A stretch of 64,000 nt of DNA from Lama glama (lineage: Eukaryota), in NCBI GenBank assembly GCA_028534125.1, contig CM052817.1, positions 59,460,001 through 59,524,000 on the forward strand, read 5' to 3'. The notes under the pieces were generated by a model. It was not told the origin of the DNA, did not search any database, and worked only from the letters and a program-made list of their open reading frames with translations. Below are positions 27,580-41,137 of the stretch, piece by piece; position 1 is the stretch's first letter, and every line of letters starts with the position of its first letter. Both the position numbers and the translations under genes were made by a program.

Positions 27580-28960
27580 AGCAAGACAGAGAAATAGATG
27601 GTTCCCAACTTCAATTCCCCTCACAGAAAGAACAACTGGCAACTCTCCATAGAGAAGACTCTTTTGTGAAGATCCCAGAACTCAGGAGTGAGGTTAAAAC
27701 AATTTCTTGGACCACAAACGTTGGGAAAAACCATGTTAGAAGGGTGAAGGGAGCAATTTCACTTTGACTGCATCACCCCTACCCCCAGGCAGGTGCAGCA
27801 CTGTCCAAGGACCTACAGTTTCTCCAATGGTCAGAGGAAAGCCCCTGGTGGACTTCCAGCTTTCCCAGCATTACAGCATGCCTCCAGCAGGCCTACTTAC
27901 ATATTGCCTCCTCAGAATCATTGAGGGAAACAGATAGAGACAGAGAAGAGGGCCAGGGCTCATAGCAACAAGCATGCAGATCTTGGCAGACAGCTTTTCT
28001 GCTGGCAGTAGTGCCCAAACAGAGAACCAGTGGCTCTCCTTATCTGCAGAGCCAAGCTGGTAGCTCCATCTGCCAGTAAACTCAGGCAGCAGTTCTTCTC
28101 AGTTTTACCCACCAGGCAGAAGGCCATTCCAATCTCGGAGCCCATTCTGGGGCCCTGCCTGAGCAGGGGAGCAAGTCACCAGCCCACCCAACCAGAAGCC
28201 TGGCCAGAGATGCTAAGCAGCATTGGAGCACATCCTCCAGTCTGCCAGGACAGAGAAGCAAGTCAGCAGTTCCTCCTAACTGCTGGGAAGGGCAGAAAAA
28301 GGAGACTGCTTCCTTATACGCACAGATACGAATGCAAGGAAATGAAATCTTGACAAGATGTCTGCACCCCCAATTTCACTGCAGCAGTATCCACAATAGC
28401 CAAGATAAGGAAATAACCTAAGTGTCCACTCATGAATGAATGGACAAGGAAAATATTGTACATATATTACTCATCCATAAAAAAGAAGGAATTCTGCCAT
28501 TTGTTACAACATTGATAGACATTAAGGGCATTGTGCTAGGTGAAATAAGTCAGAGAGAGAAAGACAAATACTGAATGATCTCACTTAAATGTGAAATCTA
28601 AGAAAGGTGAACTCAGAATCACAGTGTAGACTGGTAGTTTCCAGGGCCTGGGGTGGGTGGGAGAGGTGGGAAGATGTTGTCAAAGGGTACAAACTTCCAG
28701 TTATGAGTTCTGGGCATCTAAGGTACATAGTGACTATAGTGAACAACACTGTATTGTATACTTAAAAGTTGCTAGGAGAGTAAATCTTAAATGTCCTCAC
28801 CACAACAAAACCAAAAGGTAATCATCTAAGGTGAAAGTGTAACAAACTTTACTGTGGTAATTATTTTGCAAAATGTATGTGTATCAAGTCATCATTGTAC
28901 CCTTAAATTTATACAATTTTATCTGTCAACTGTATTTCAACAGAGCTAAGGGAAAAAAAG
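27580..28960 (+). mobile_element. Internally deleted LINE-1: 5' UTR fused to an L1MA9-like 3' end
   Basis: 27580-28335 is homologous to the 5' UTR at 5460; from about 28340 come the ORF2 end and 3' UTR (tctgcacccccaatttcactgcagca..caaagggtacaaacttccagtta..gctaagggaaaaaaa). Confidence 0.85.
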
Positions 28961-29063
28961 AGAAGGAAAGATCCTTTGTTCTCACTTGTCAAAGATTGTC
29001 AGGTTGGGTTCAGAGGTAGATAGGTTTTTTTTTTTTAATTTGTAGGTAATTCTAGTGAATATA

Positions 29064-29278
29064 TAGTTCACTTTTCAAAAGGTAGGATAGGGGCACTGAC
29101 CCCCAGTCAAAATTTCATGTTTAAATTTAAATTTGTCCTTTTTGTATCTACAATCCTGCATCATGGATTCAACCATCCTCAGAATGTGCAGCAGTACTAT
29201 AGTATTTATTTATTGGAAAAAATCCACATATTAAGTGGACCCACTCAGTTCAAACCTGTATAATTCAAGGGCCAACTG
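29064..29278. mobile_element. Short Tigger1-derived MITE (Tigger1a-like, TcMar)
   Basis: Right terminus gttcaaacctgtataattcaagggccaactg followed by TA; internal ggattcaacc and aagtggaccc motifs; TA also on the left (29062-29063). Confidence 0.8.
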
Positions 29279-29584
29279 TATTTCAACAAAGACACTATTT
29301 TAAATTGTCTTAAATCATTGATGGAAGAACAAAACAATTTTTATAAAGCCTAAGATTTTCTCAGATCAAATAAAGAGCTTTGGGTAGATCACGTGAGTAG
29401 GAAAACATTCACTTTGTCCAGAATCCAAATTTAACCTGGTGAGCAGAAAGATGCAATATTGTTGACTAAGGATATTCCAACCTTTAACCTGGATCAGTTA
29501 CACTATAAGAAGAAAACTTTTGTGTTTAATTACTCAGGAAGTAGTATATTAAGATGCTAATGTCCTCCAATAAATTATAATCCC

Positions 29585-29700
29585 TATATTAAGATTCCTT
29601 TGCACTGTGATGTCACTATTCTTCCCATCAAAACATGGAGTCTCTTCCTCCAACATTCTCAGTGTTGGCTGCCTTCCTCACTTGATCTGACCAATAATGA
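29585..29700 (+). mobile_element. MLT1 LTR fragment
   Basis: cctttgcactgtgat..ctcccatcaa..ggagtct..tgaccaata pattern. Confidence 0.5.
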
Positions 29701-29707
29701 AATGTGC

Positions 29708-29830
29708 CTATTTTGGAGATGAGGAAGCCACGGAAGTTCAGTGACTTGCCCAAGGTTACACAGACAGGAAGTAGCAGAGGCAGCATTTAATCCCTGGCAG
29801 TTTAGGTCCAAAATTCATGCTCTAAATAAG
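29708..29830 (-). mobile_element. MIR SINE
   Basis: gatgaggaagc..agtgacttgcccaaggttacacag MIR core. Confidence 0.85.
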
Positions 29831-31611
29831 TATATTACATTGACGTTAATGTAATGAATCATCATATAAAAGCATCTGAACTAGATTATAAAAATTTCCA
29901 GTAAGAAAATATCAATTCAGTGAAGGAAAAACTATGTGCCATTTTTCAAGTCTAATTTAAAGTTGTTAAAATATTACCACCATCAGGTGAGGATGAGGTT
30001 TTCAAAGGTTTTTATCATTGGTGTGCTATTATTCTCTATAAGTATGATGGTACAAATGGGTCCAACACTGATAATCAAATTTATAAAAAAGAAGATAGCC
30101 AAATGGCTTGAAGTGGATTGGAAAGTAGTACTGAGAAACCACTAGGAAAAATTTAATATATGAGACCTGAAGTAAAGGAGAACAGGGGGAAGATAATGTA
30201 ATAACTGTGGAAAAATAAAGCGAAGTTTTGTTTTTTATTTTGTCTTGTTTTCTTTTTCAGTGAAAGTACGGTAAATAGGAGGAGTAACAAAACAAACAAA
30301 CAAAAAGGTTTACACTCAAAGAAACTATATCCAGCCAGAGAATTTTATCCAGAGAATGATTCTTAAAGTGAATATCTTTAAAGGCACATTATTATAAAAT
30401 CATCACTTGCTATCTTTTTCAAATATAGTAGCTATATGCATGATGGCCCTAAACATGATACAAAATGAGATGCTACAGGATCCTCGTAAGTAGTACAAAT
30501 ATAAATACTCGGAAAAAACCAAATCTCTATAATATGCTACCATCTCTTTTTTCATGAAAAGTTCCCCAGTATTATTTAATTAAAATCTGTGGACCAGTGA
30601 CACTGCATTTGGCTAAACATGTTCTATGCAAGGTTTTACATACAGTACATGATATCTGTTCCCTATTTGTATTAGTTTACAATACACAGTATGAAGAAAG
30701 CTCAAACTTACAAATGTTGCAAAGGTTTCAAGGGTGTCAGAGCATCACTGAAATGTACTCATAAAGGATTTCTGAAGAGTGGTTGCAATTGATAGTTTTG
30801 GAGATACCTTCTAGATTGCTCTTTCCCAGCAAAAATGCATGGTTTGAGAATTCAGCAAGCATCTTTGAGTGTGTTTGACTAGGAACCAAGTTAAGAATGG
30901 GAAAAAACAATACTTCACAACCTCTATCAGATATTTCTAACTTTCAACTCTTGCATTGTTGAGAATAAAATTTGTAATTCAAAAAAACAAATTAAAACAA
31001 AAATAGAAAGCACTGATTTCTTATTAACTGTCAGTAGTGTGAGCAGCTATGGCTGACGAAGACCTTGAGTACCCAAGTCCTTTCCTCTCTCAGGAATGTC
31101 ATATTCTGTTGCTAGATAACAATGAGGATTAATATGACATGAGTTAGATGAAAAAAGAGAAACCAAAAGAAAATGGAGCAAAAATCGGGTGCCAGAGGCA
31201 ACTTCTGATGAACAAACAAGTTCAATTCAATCACAGTGAAAAATCAATGTAGTGAAAATGGACTGCTACATCACACTCTGACCATTTCAGAATGTCTCCA
31301 TCAACACTTGGAATCCCTATCCATTATCTCCATGTGTCCAGGGAATCTCTCTCTTCGTCCCCATCAACTTTGTGCTACAACACAGTACTTTAAAACGTCT
31401 AAAGTTTTACGGTACATATTCCTACATTAGACATGTACATGCTCTGGAAGACTTCTAAGATGTCTAACTCTCTGCCCTTCTCTCAAAAAGGAAAAAAAAA
31501 TTCTTAAAGCTATTCCGAAATAATACCTGACTTCCTGGCATTTACCTGAGTACTCAATCCTCAAAGATTCTCAAAGTCAAAAGCAGAATGTTTTTTACCC
31601 CTAAATTTAAT

Positions 31612-32053
31612 CAGAGATTTGTAACCACTTCTGATCCATGAATCACTTTGGTAGTCTTGTAAAGCCTGGACTACTTTTCAGAATAGTGTTTTTCAATGAA
31701 TAAACTAGAGTGCATAAAATTAAATATGAACCAATTACATCAAAATATAGTTTTAAAAATATTAAAAACAAACATTCTTTATTAATGCCTAAAATAATAA
31801 ATTCCATTAGTATGTCCAATAACTACAATAATTTCGAAGTGTTAATGAGCATGAGCTGTATTTCAAAATATCTGCAATTAAGAGCTCGTGATGTATAAAG
31901 TCTCTGATTCCCATTAGTGACAAGGTTACATGGACTGCTGATACTACAGTGATAGGCATAAGTTTTTCCCTCTCATAACGCAAGGATCTTTGTGTTGGAT
32001 CCCTGAATCCTATCCACAAAGGGAGCCCACGGCCCTCAGGTTAAGAATCCCTC
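31612..32053. mobile_element. hAT-Charlie non-autonomous transposon (MER119-like)
   Basis: Imperfect TIRs cagagatttgtaacc / ggttaagaatccctc; internal ttctcagaata.tgttttt.aatg-type motif. Confidence 0.65.
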
Positions 32054-33099
32054 TCTTAGAAGCATAAACTGTCCCATTAAAGAGCTCCTTCGTGTGCTCT
32101 TTTCTGGGAGTGCTCACAGTGATTTGAGCATTATAAGATATTACTCTGCAAATTAATATCCAAATGCTCCCACAGGCTACCTGTTGTTTTTAAACATTAG
32201 TGTGTTCACGCCCTTTTTATGGTATCTTTGAAAGAGTCAGAGAAGACAGACTTGTCACTGTCGGATTCCGGTTACCACTTTGTTTGAAAGTTTGTTTGGC
32301 CTAATATACATTGTTTTGTGTGCTCAAGGTATGCTTTTAATAGGAATAATTTGTTTGTTCATTTTTATTACCTCCCTCACAAGCCACTATCCGCATATGT
32401 AGAATCTGATTGGCACTATGTTATTAGTGACAAGAAAGAGACTAGTGGTTCTTATGACCCACCATTCATACCTATTACGTAAAAGCATTACTATAATTGA
32501 CACTCCGGTAATTTGTGCCTCTCTTCATCCTAAAATTGTCTCTGCGGGAAAAAAATCACCTAAAACATTTAAATTTGTGGAGTAAAGATGCTGCAAAATG
32601 TAGTTCCTTTTGCTGCAAGCAGACAATGGCCAGAGGTATAAGGAGGATAGAAATAGCTACATCCATGCTGAGCCCACACCTATGTGTACCTCTATTATCC
32701 ATATGGACGTTAATTTGTGCAAAGTACAAATAGAAACATATTAATAAAAACTACTTATATGAAGCAGATAGGGTTATATTACAGGATGCTGGCTGCAGTG
32801 GAAACATAATGTGGACAGTTAGGAAAGGCATCCTTGTTGACTCTTCAGTCATTCATTTGATATATAATGCATGATCACTTGATTATGAAAAACAAAATGA
32901 AAGAACACTTTTGAGGAATTGCTACAGTGAGAATCCCATAACCAAACTGCCCTGAATTTTGGTCTTGTGCCTCCTCTAGGATTCCTCATGGAGCAGTACA
33001 GAGAACTGATGGGAGAAGTACTTGCCGTTCCTCCCTTCTCTGCTCCCTTCAACGCTTTCTTTTAGGTAATAGAAGTAAATGAACTATATATTTTGCTAT

Positions 33100-34440
33100 A
33101 GTTATTTTTTAATTTATTCTATTTTAAATTAAAAAATACACATCAGTCTCAAAATTCAAGTAGTTTTATAATCTTAAAAGAAAAAACACACAGCAGTTAT
33201 ATGTCCCACTCCCCCTTCACTTTCCTAAGTTATCAATTTCAGGAAACAATCATTTGCAATTCTTTGAGCTGTTTCTTCTTGTTTTGCCTCTGCATTTGAG
33301 GCTAACATACATTCGCTGCCATTTTCTGATGTTTAGGTTTTGAATATAGCATTTCCACAATTGGAGGATGAAGATTTAGGTCTCTAATTCGTAGTACTCT
33401 CTACTCTCACTTACACCTCCCTTCTTCATTCCCTTCTAATATATAAGCATCCAAATTTCAAGGATTAATCATTTGGGGCACATAATATTGTAACTTGTCA
33501 CAACTGAGGAGTAAATGTTCAATTAATAACTATCAATGGCTGTACACATTTTAACTTTATTGGAGCAATTTTTAAAATTTTTTTGGTTTGCTTGATTTTC
33601 TACTTTCCCAATCATTGCCAAAAGAAGTATCATTTTTCTCTTGTTTCAATGTTTCAATCTGGCTGGTTGCTCCCTAGGTGTGCTACTTAGCTCTTATCCT
33701 GGTATTTCTTTGGTGTTTATCCAGAGCATCATCTTTATCCATGAGGTGTTTTTTAATCTTCCCTTTCCTGAATTCAATACTATTCTATTCCTTGGTTTAG
33801 TCATCATTTTGTGGAGCTTATCTTCCAGTACCTCCTGGAGAAATGGCATATTGAGTGAATTTTAAAGATGGTTCATGTCTGAAAACATCACTATTCTCTC
33901 CCTCATACTCATTTTTACTGAGCACAGAATTCTAGATTAGAAATTTGGGACCAGAAAAGTTGAAGACTAAATACCAGTGTCTAGTAACTGTAGGGAAGTA
34001 ATTCCAATCATCTTTGTGACGTGTTTTTACTCCTCAGTGATTTTAAGAATCTCTGTATCTCCTCTTAATTTAATAGTGAATATAACTCTATAAGGATATT
34101 TTTTTCATTAACAGTACTGATCACTTCATGATAAAGTCAATTCTGGAAGCTTATTTTCTTATACTATTTATTTGATAAGCTTTAACCTCTTTTTAAACGT
34201 TTTTTCTTTGTACAACTACTTTAATAGGATTTCCCAGACAGACCCTCTGATTTTGTAACTTTTTCTCTTTTGTTGTATTTTTGAGATATTTCTCAAACTA
34301 TTTCCTGTGATCCTTCTGAAAATTTCAACTTATTTTCATATATTAGAATTTTAAGAAAATGTTTTATTTATATAATACTTTGGTATTTAGGTTTTGATGA
34401 CTGTAAAGTATATATGAGTTCATGATTTTTCTTAAAGTTT
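33100..34440 (-). mobile_element. HAL1 or very old L1 (ORF1 region plus tail), antisense
   Basis: ttttgtggagcttatcttccagtacctcctggagaaatgg..catgtctgaaaa..agaattctag resembles the antisense ORF1 C-terminus, with no ORF2 next to it. Confidence 0.55.
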
Positions 34441-35609
34441 ATCAATTTAACTAGAGTCTAGGTAATTTTTTATGTAGACTTACTATAAAATATACCCATA
34501 TCTAATATTTGATCATGTATATTTCTCACATAAATAAGAAAAAACATTGATTTTCTTCATGAATAAATTTTTAAACATCAAACAGAAGAGTTAATTTTAC
34601 TGAAAGGAGCAATTTATCACTTAGGCATATGTTCATCAGTTATTTCATAAATGAAGAGTCTGTGTATAGAATCTAGAGACCCTGGAATAACTCCAAACCA
34701 CATTACCACTGTTCTATTTACTACTTTTCTTCCTTCCTTATCCTAATGTCTAACCCAGGGAACCTCTTCAGTACACTCCCCCCAACCTCCACCTCCATCC
34801 CATGCACACAGACACACACACTTATATATAATCTCTTTACTTTTCCCTTAAACTATCTATAATTCGTAATAGTTTAATAAATTATGCTTCTGTAAACTGA
34901 AATAAAACATTTATAAATGATATCCTTTTCTCCCTGTCTTACCTTCCAGAATTCAGAAACTCTTATTAAATATTCTTATTTTTGTGGAAATATGACGATT
35001 TGAATAGGTTCAATAAGAATCTTTCTTTCTTGTTAGTAGAACACAATTGGAAACACATGTGATCAAGGCCTTGCCTAGGGTATTGTATTTGATATGCTCA
35101 GTTAATCAGATGTAACCAAACAATGTTAAGGAACTAAGGTTTACTCTATGGAGCCAATGATCCCAAAGCCCTCTTGTGAAAACTGCCCCGGTACCTGGCT
35201 TAAAGGATTATCAGCCATAAAACTGAGTAACGAAGGTCACTTCCTGTCAAGGCCAGGAAACCTGGTATATTTGGGGGACTATAAAAAAAGAGAAGCATTC
35301 ACCCAGATTTATAGGTATTTCAGGTAATGGTCAGTTTGTGTGTGTTTTTATTGCTGCTGTAACAAATTACTATGAATTTGGGAGTTTAAAACATTATAGA
35401 TTTACTATTTTACAGTTCTGTAATTCAGAAGTCTAAAATGGGTTTTCTGGGCTAAAATCAAGGTATCAGCAGGGCTACCTTCCTCTATAAAGGCTCCAGG
35501 GGAAAATCCATTTACTTACCCTTTTGAGCTTCTGGAAGCTGCACACATTCCTCCATTCCTTGGCTGCAGACCACCTTCCTCATCCATGAAATCAGCAAGC
35601 ACAGGTCCA

Positions 35610-36535
35610 TTTTTTTCTTTCTTTATTAAATTTAAGAAAATTAATTGTAGTAAAACATGCATACCATAAAATCTACCAAATTACCATTTTAGTGTATAAT
35701 TCAGTAGTGCTAAGTATATTCACATTGATGTGCAACCATTCTCCAGAACAATACATGGCGTTAAAGCCAAAGGGGTATTAAAAACTATTTTAAGTGTGAT
35801 TTTACCCTAGAATTTTAACAATATTTTAGAATTCTAAGTTTTTTCCTTTGTTTTAACAAGTTTTTTCTAAGTCTTGGCTTGTGGGAGTTTTTGTTTTTGG
35901 TTTTGTTTTCATTTTTTCAGGTTTATTGAGATATAACTGAAAAATTAGATATATTTAAAGTATACATGGGGTGATGTGATATGCATATACTCTGTGAAAT
36001 GATTATCACAATTTCATTAGCACATCTACCACTTCACATAATTACCTTTTGCATATGTGTATAGGAATAATGCTTAAGATCTACTCTAAGCAAATTTAAA
36101 GTATACTATACAGTACTATCTATGGTCACCATCCTGTATATTAGGTCCTCAGAACTTATTCTTCTTATAACTGGAAGTTGTATTGTAAAGTGCTTATCAT
36201 AATAAGGTTACTTAACACAGTCCATCACCTCACATAATTACCATTTTGCTGTTACTGGTGTTATGGTACAATATTAAAGCTCTACTCTCACAGCAAATTT
36301 CAAGTATATAATACCTAAGTGTTAACTATAGACACCATGATCCCTGGAACACATAACTGGAAGTTTGTACCCTTTGACCAACATTTCCTTGTTTCCCCCA
36401 AAACCCAGGCCCTGGCAACTACTATTCTACTCTATGTTTCTATGAATCTGACTTTTTCTTGACTCAAAATATAAATGAGATCATACCTATTTGTCTTTTT
36501 CTGTCTGCCTTATTTCATTTAGTATAATGCCCTTG
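35610..36535 (-). mobile_element. Nested L1 3' ends (L1MB-like at 35610-35750; two overlapping L1MA9-like copies at 35900-36535)
   Basis: T tails followed by L1 3' UTR text; the segment cacataattacc..tctactct..agcaaattt.aagtata..tataactggaagt occurs twice. Confidence 0.8.
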
Positions 36536-36538
36536 TAA

Positions 36539-36573
36539 TACACACACACAAACACAAACACACACACACACAC
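36539..36573. repeat. Interrupted (CA)n microsatellite
   Basis: Read directly from the sequence. Confidence 0.9.
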
Positions 36574-38304
36574 AGTTGACTGCAGGAGCCTGATTGCAAG
36601 GGCCTGCCTGGTTGCAGTGGTCAGCCTCAGTGGTGAGGACTGGGGCCAACAGCAGGAACTGGAGCCAAGTGGATAACCTAGGATAACCTCACTATTTTAT
36701 GGTTTGTTAATTAGTAATCATATGAAATTGTAATTTAATTCCCCCTTCTCATATAGGGGTCAGATTCACTGATTCCAGGGGTTAGGATGTAGATCTCTTT
36801 TTTTGGAAGAGGGGCATTATTATGCCTACCATACCAGTTCTTGGCTTGACTTGTAGGCTTATGAGGCTTTTAAAAGTCCAATCTGAAATTTTTTCATGAA
36901 AACATCCAGTAAAGCAAATTTAAGAAGGCTGATATAGTAAACTACTATTCCTGCTTTCTTTATGTAAATAATCAAGCCAGCTCTAATGAGGCCAGTCTTA
37001 TTTTGTGATCTTTCTTTGAGATTACTTTTGATCATAAGAGAGGTTACTTTAGGGAAAACTTTTGTGTTTCAATGGTAAACTATGAATGATCTTAATATAC
37101 GCTTCAGGGTTATCAGATTCTTGCCCTGTTCATTGTCCTTTGAACTATTTTGTACTTCCATCTAAATTACAGGTTACTAAGGGGTTTGCAAATTGTCTTG
37201 CTTTGTGGAGGTTCAACTGACAAATCAATTCTGATACCTACTGGTAAATTGGACTGGATCCAATTCCATGTCCAAGATGTTGATTCCTAACAAATTTTTA
37301 ATTTTACCAAGTTCCTCTAACATCTGTCTACAATCATTCAAACGTACTTTTCCAATCTTTCTCCTGTCTGACTCAGTATCACAGAGAAGTAAAACACAAT
37401 TGTCCAGATCACTATCATGACTCTGGACTGACTTGAAGCTTGCCCTTCTTCTCAGGGTTTGAAAATGCTCTGCAAGCTGAAGCCAAGCCACTTGATATAA
37501 ATCTTGAGGGACTCACCAATGTAACAGACCATGTATGGGCCAGAATCATTCCTTGTCAAGCTGCTGTCTGGACCATAAAGAAGTCTGGCAGAATACTTGG
37601 GTAATGCATTCAAGAAGTAACCGAGACTATGGTCAGCAACACTGAGAACATCAATTTTCTAGCTCAAGAGCTTCAAAAACTCAAGAAGCAATGCTGCTTA
37701 ACTTTTGACAACTTCTTGACACCAACTAGACTGTTGGTCTCAGGATTCAACACTGGACTCTTTAATATAATCTTATATTAGTATTTCTCTTTTTCATTTC
37801 ATGCATCCCTCTTGTAAGATGCCTTATCTCCAGACTACAAACCTTTATTACCATAAAGATTCCAACTTTGAGTGATGCAACAGATGGTTGAACTAGTTTT
37901 ACAGAAAAAGACACCAACAAGAATCCTATTTCTTACAAGCTGCTTCACCTCACCCAGGAAGCTTATAATCAACTCAGAGTTGTCCATCAATGAGCAACAC
38001 TAGTCTTATACAAGAGACGATTGACATGTTGAACTCTATCATGATCCTCAAAACTCACTTGCTTATTAGCTTCTACAAAAACCCCAGATCCTCCTCCTTT
38101 CATTTGAGACACGTCTCATCAATGAACATTTCCCTAATACTATATACATATAGCTTGAATAAAATCATCTTTTTAACTGTCTGCTGCACTGTCTTTCATA
38201 ATCTCAATTCTTTAAAGTATACTTTTTCATCAGTGAATTATTATGTAATAATATAAATGTGATATTGACAATGATGAAAATGATAATGAGATGATGATGA
38301 CAAT

Positions 38305-38545
38305 ATCTAGCACCTGTAATTATGCTTATTCATTTCCCAGACACTATTCTCTGCATGCTATATATAGCAAAGATTTGATCTTAATTACTAGTTCATGAAG
38401 TAGATACTATTAGTACCCCTATTTAATGAAGGAGAAAACTCAAAAACAAAGATGTTAACTAGCCCTAAGTCACAGAGCTAGTAAACTGTAGAGCCAGGTT
38501 TCAAACACAGGCTATCTGTTTCCAAAGTCTGTGCTCTTAACACTT
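38305..38545 (-). mobile_element. MIR SINE, near full length
   Basis: agtcacagagctagtaaactgtagagccaggtttcaaacacagg..tgtgctcttaac. Confidence 0.85.
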
Positions 38546-38829
38546 ATGTCAACCATCTTACTGTTAAGGTTCTAAAGATAACTTTTCTTCATCTGGAAGA
38601 CTCCTCCCATATGGTTCTGCTTCTTTGAATCCCTGCTGTGATTGCCTGTCCTTTTCCTAAGATGGTGCTATACAACTGCGCCGAGTATTCTGCTTATTAT
38701 TGTTGTTCATAAGGGCACAAATGATAAGTATTTTAGCCTCCCAAGTACTTCATGGTATTTTCTATCTTTCTTAACTTTTACCTTCACGATGTACTTTTAT
38801 TGCTAGTAAATTTTTTAATAAGTATAATT

Positions 38830-39065
38830 ACTATGAACTTTGTCTCTAGAGCCTGGCTACCTTAGTTTGAATGCCTACTCCAACACTTACCAGCTCTGTG
38901 CCACATTGGGCATATTACTTAATCACACTCAGGCTCAGAGCCATTCTCTGTAAATTGGGAATGATAGCAGGACCCAATCCCTAAGGTAGATGCTATATCG
39001 GGAGAGGCAATGTATGTAAAACAGTACAGTGCTTGGAACATAAAAAGCCCTTTATCACTGTCATT
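38830..39065 (+). mobile_element. MIR SINE, near full length
   Basis: gtttgaatgcctactccaacacttaccagctctgtg..ctgtaaattgggaatgatag..acagtgcttggaacata. Confidence 0.8.
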
Positions 39066-40648
39066 ACTTTTTTAAACTCTACATTTCACTGTAAATCCTT
39101 TGAGGTTAGTTAAAAGTTTATATTCCTCTTTATATCCCATTTTTAAGATACCAACTTGAACTTACTATATGCTCAATATGTTGTATAAAAATCAAAATAA
39201 TTTAGGCCCATTTGAGTCACAGCAGAGACAATTTCTTTATAATTTCTACTTAAGCATTATATTGTTTCTACCATTGTTCAGTATATTCACATAACCTTGT
39301 GTAACATCCTGCTGTTTGTTACTCATTTAATTACTCGAAAGACACCAGTTTTTCCTAAAACTTGATTTCAATGTGCACAGCTCTTTCTAGATTCTAGATA
39401 GATAAGTGAGTAGATAGAGGAAAATATAGTATGAAGATATAGTTTATGGTTTATATATATATATATAAGTATACACATAAAATATACAAATGATATATAA
39501 TAATTTAATAAATACATGTAATCTTAGTCCGGGCATAGTGATCTCTGCTCTCTGGACTTCATAGGATTATTAGCAAAATGAAATTTGATAATTCATATGA
39601 GGATACTTTGTAAAATATTATACATAAAATTTAATATATTATTAATATTTAAATGATATCTAATGATGGAGATGAGGATAAAGGGAGTATGGAACAGATC
39701 TGCATGTGGATATCTTCACTAATATCTAATACCCCAGAGATTTTTCAAAACTGGAATTATATTCTTTCCAAACTAAGCAATTCACGTACCTAGCTTAGAA
39801 TATAAGATATGCAATGAAAAATAGGTCTTGTCAATCATCCTTACTTAACTCCAAGTCTTGTAGCTGCTTTTAAACTTATTAGCCCTTTTTACTTCCTTAC
39901 TTCTAAAGATCATGTTTTTACTGCTACTTCTCAATTTTGAGTCACTATCTACTGTGGAAGAGTGTTTAGTTCTCTCCCTGAACTCGCCCCAACTCTTAAC
40001 AGAGGCACACATTCCCTTCTCACAATGAATCTTTGTGATTTTTCATTAAATCAATATTTGGCATTTTATTATCAATGGTACACAAATATTGTTTACAGCT
40101 CTGCCACAGAGTGTTATTAATATGCTTCATTACTTTCACCTGGAGTTAATAAATAATAAGTTAACTTATTTATACATCTATCAGTAGAGATATCATATAA
40201 TGTAGTTACTTGCTTACACATGATTAAATTTGGAATTTCTCATGAAGATAGAACTTTTTTCTGTAGTTGTTTCTGGTGCTTTTGCGTGAGTTTCTGAAAT
40301 ATATGTATTTGAGTTGTCTCATGTAATAGTGAATTAAATAAAAGATAAAAATGCAAACAATCTAATTTTCCATAGATGTTTAATATGTAACTTATTTGAA
40401 TAGCATAAGTAATATTTCCATAAGAAATTTCTACTCTTTCCTTAATCCAGTGATCAAAATTGTTACTTAGCATCATTTTGCCTTAAAAACAGGCAAGTTT
40501 ACTATTAAGAAAAAACAATAATCATAAAATTACAATTAAATATTGATATTATTTTAATATCCTAAAGTAAATGATAGTTCTATTTTGCATAGTTCCAGAT
40601 ATTAACTAAGAACTATAAGAAACACTTAGTATTGATACTGATTATGTA

Positions 40649-41137
40649 TGTATCAGTTCTTTATTGCTGCTGTAACAAATTACCACAGACTTAGTGGCTT
40701 AAAATAATTCATATTTATTTTCTTACAGTTCTAGAGCTCAGATGTCCCAAACTAACCTTATGGAGCTAAAATCAAAGTGTCAGTAAAGCTACATTCCTCC
40801 TGGAAGCACCATGGGAAAATCCATTTCCTTGCCTTTTCTGGATTAGAGAATTCTTTAGCTCAGAGCCCGTTCCTCCATCTGCAAAGTACATCATTCCAAA
40901 CTCTGCTTCCTTCATCACTCCTTTTTTTCCTGCCTTCTCCAACCTTCCTTCTTCCCTTTTAAAGGGACCATTGTGATTCAATTGGGCCCATCTGGAAAAT
41001 CCAGGATAATACTCTCACCTAAAGACCTTTAATTTAACCATACCTGCAAAGTCCCTTCTGTCATGTAAGGCAGCATATTTAGAAGTTGGAAATAGGATGG
41101 GACATCTTGGGAGGTAGGCATTATTCAACTTATCACA
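40649..41137 (-). mobile_element. MLT1D-like solo LTR
   Basis: TG..CA ends; tgctgctgtaacaaattaccacagacttagtggcttaaaa; ctgcaaagtccctt; gcattattcaacttatcaca. Confidence 0.88.

Larger units (their letters stand above)
35337..36833 (-). mobile_element. MLT1D-like LTR containing nested L1 3' fragments
   Basis: attgctgctgtaacaaattac at the start, gcattattatgcctaccata at the end; cagtt lies next to both ends (35332-35336, 36835-36839). Confidence 0.8.
34945..38200. mobile_element. ERV1 (MER4-group-like) non-coding internal sequence with a probable 3' LTR remnant (about 37950-38200), split by an MLT1 LTR
   Basis: aaggtcacttcctg..aggccaggaaacct, cttttaaaagtccaatctga, aaagcaaatttaa, tgtaaataatcaagcca, ctggtaaattggactgga motifs; aataaa at about 38158. 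Confidence 0.65.

Noticed and set aside
34937..35030. Minus-strand AAG|GTAAGA donor with an upstream acceptor
   Set aside because: The sequence resembles ERV internal DNA, and the frame I translated contains stops.
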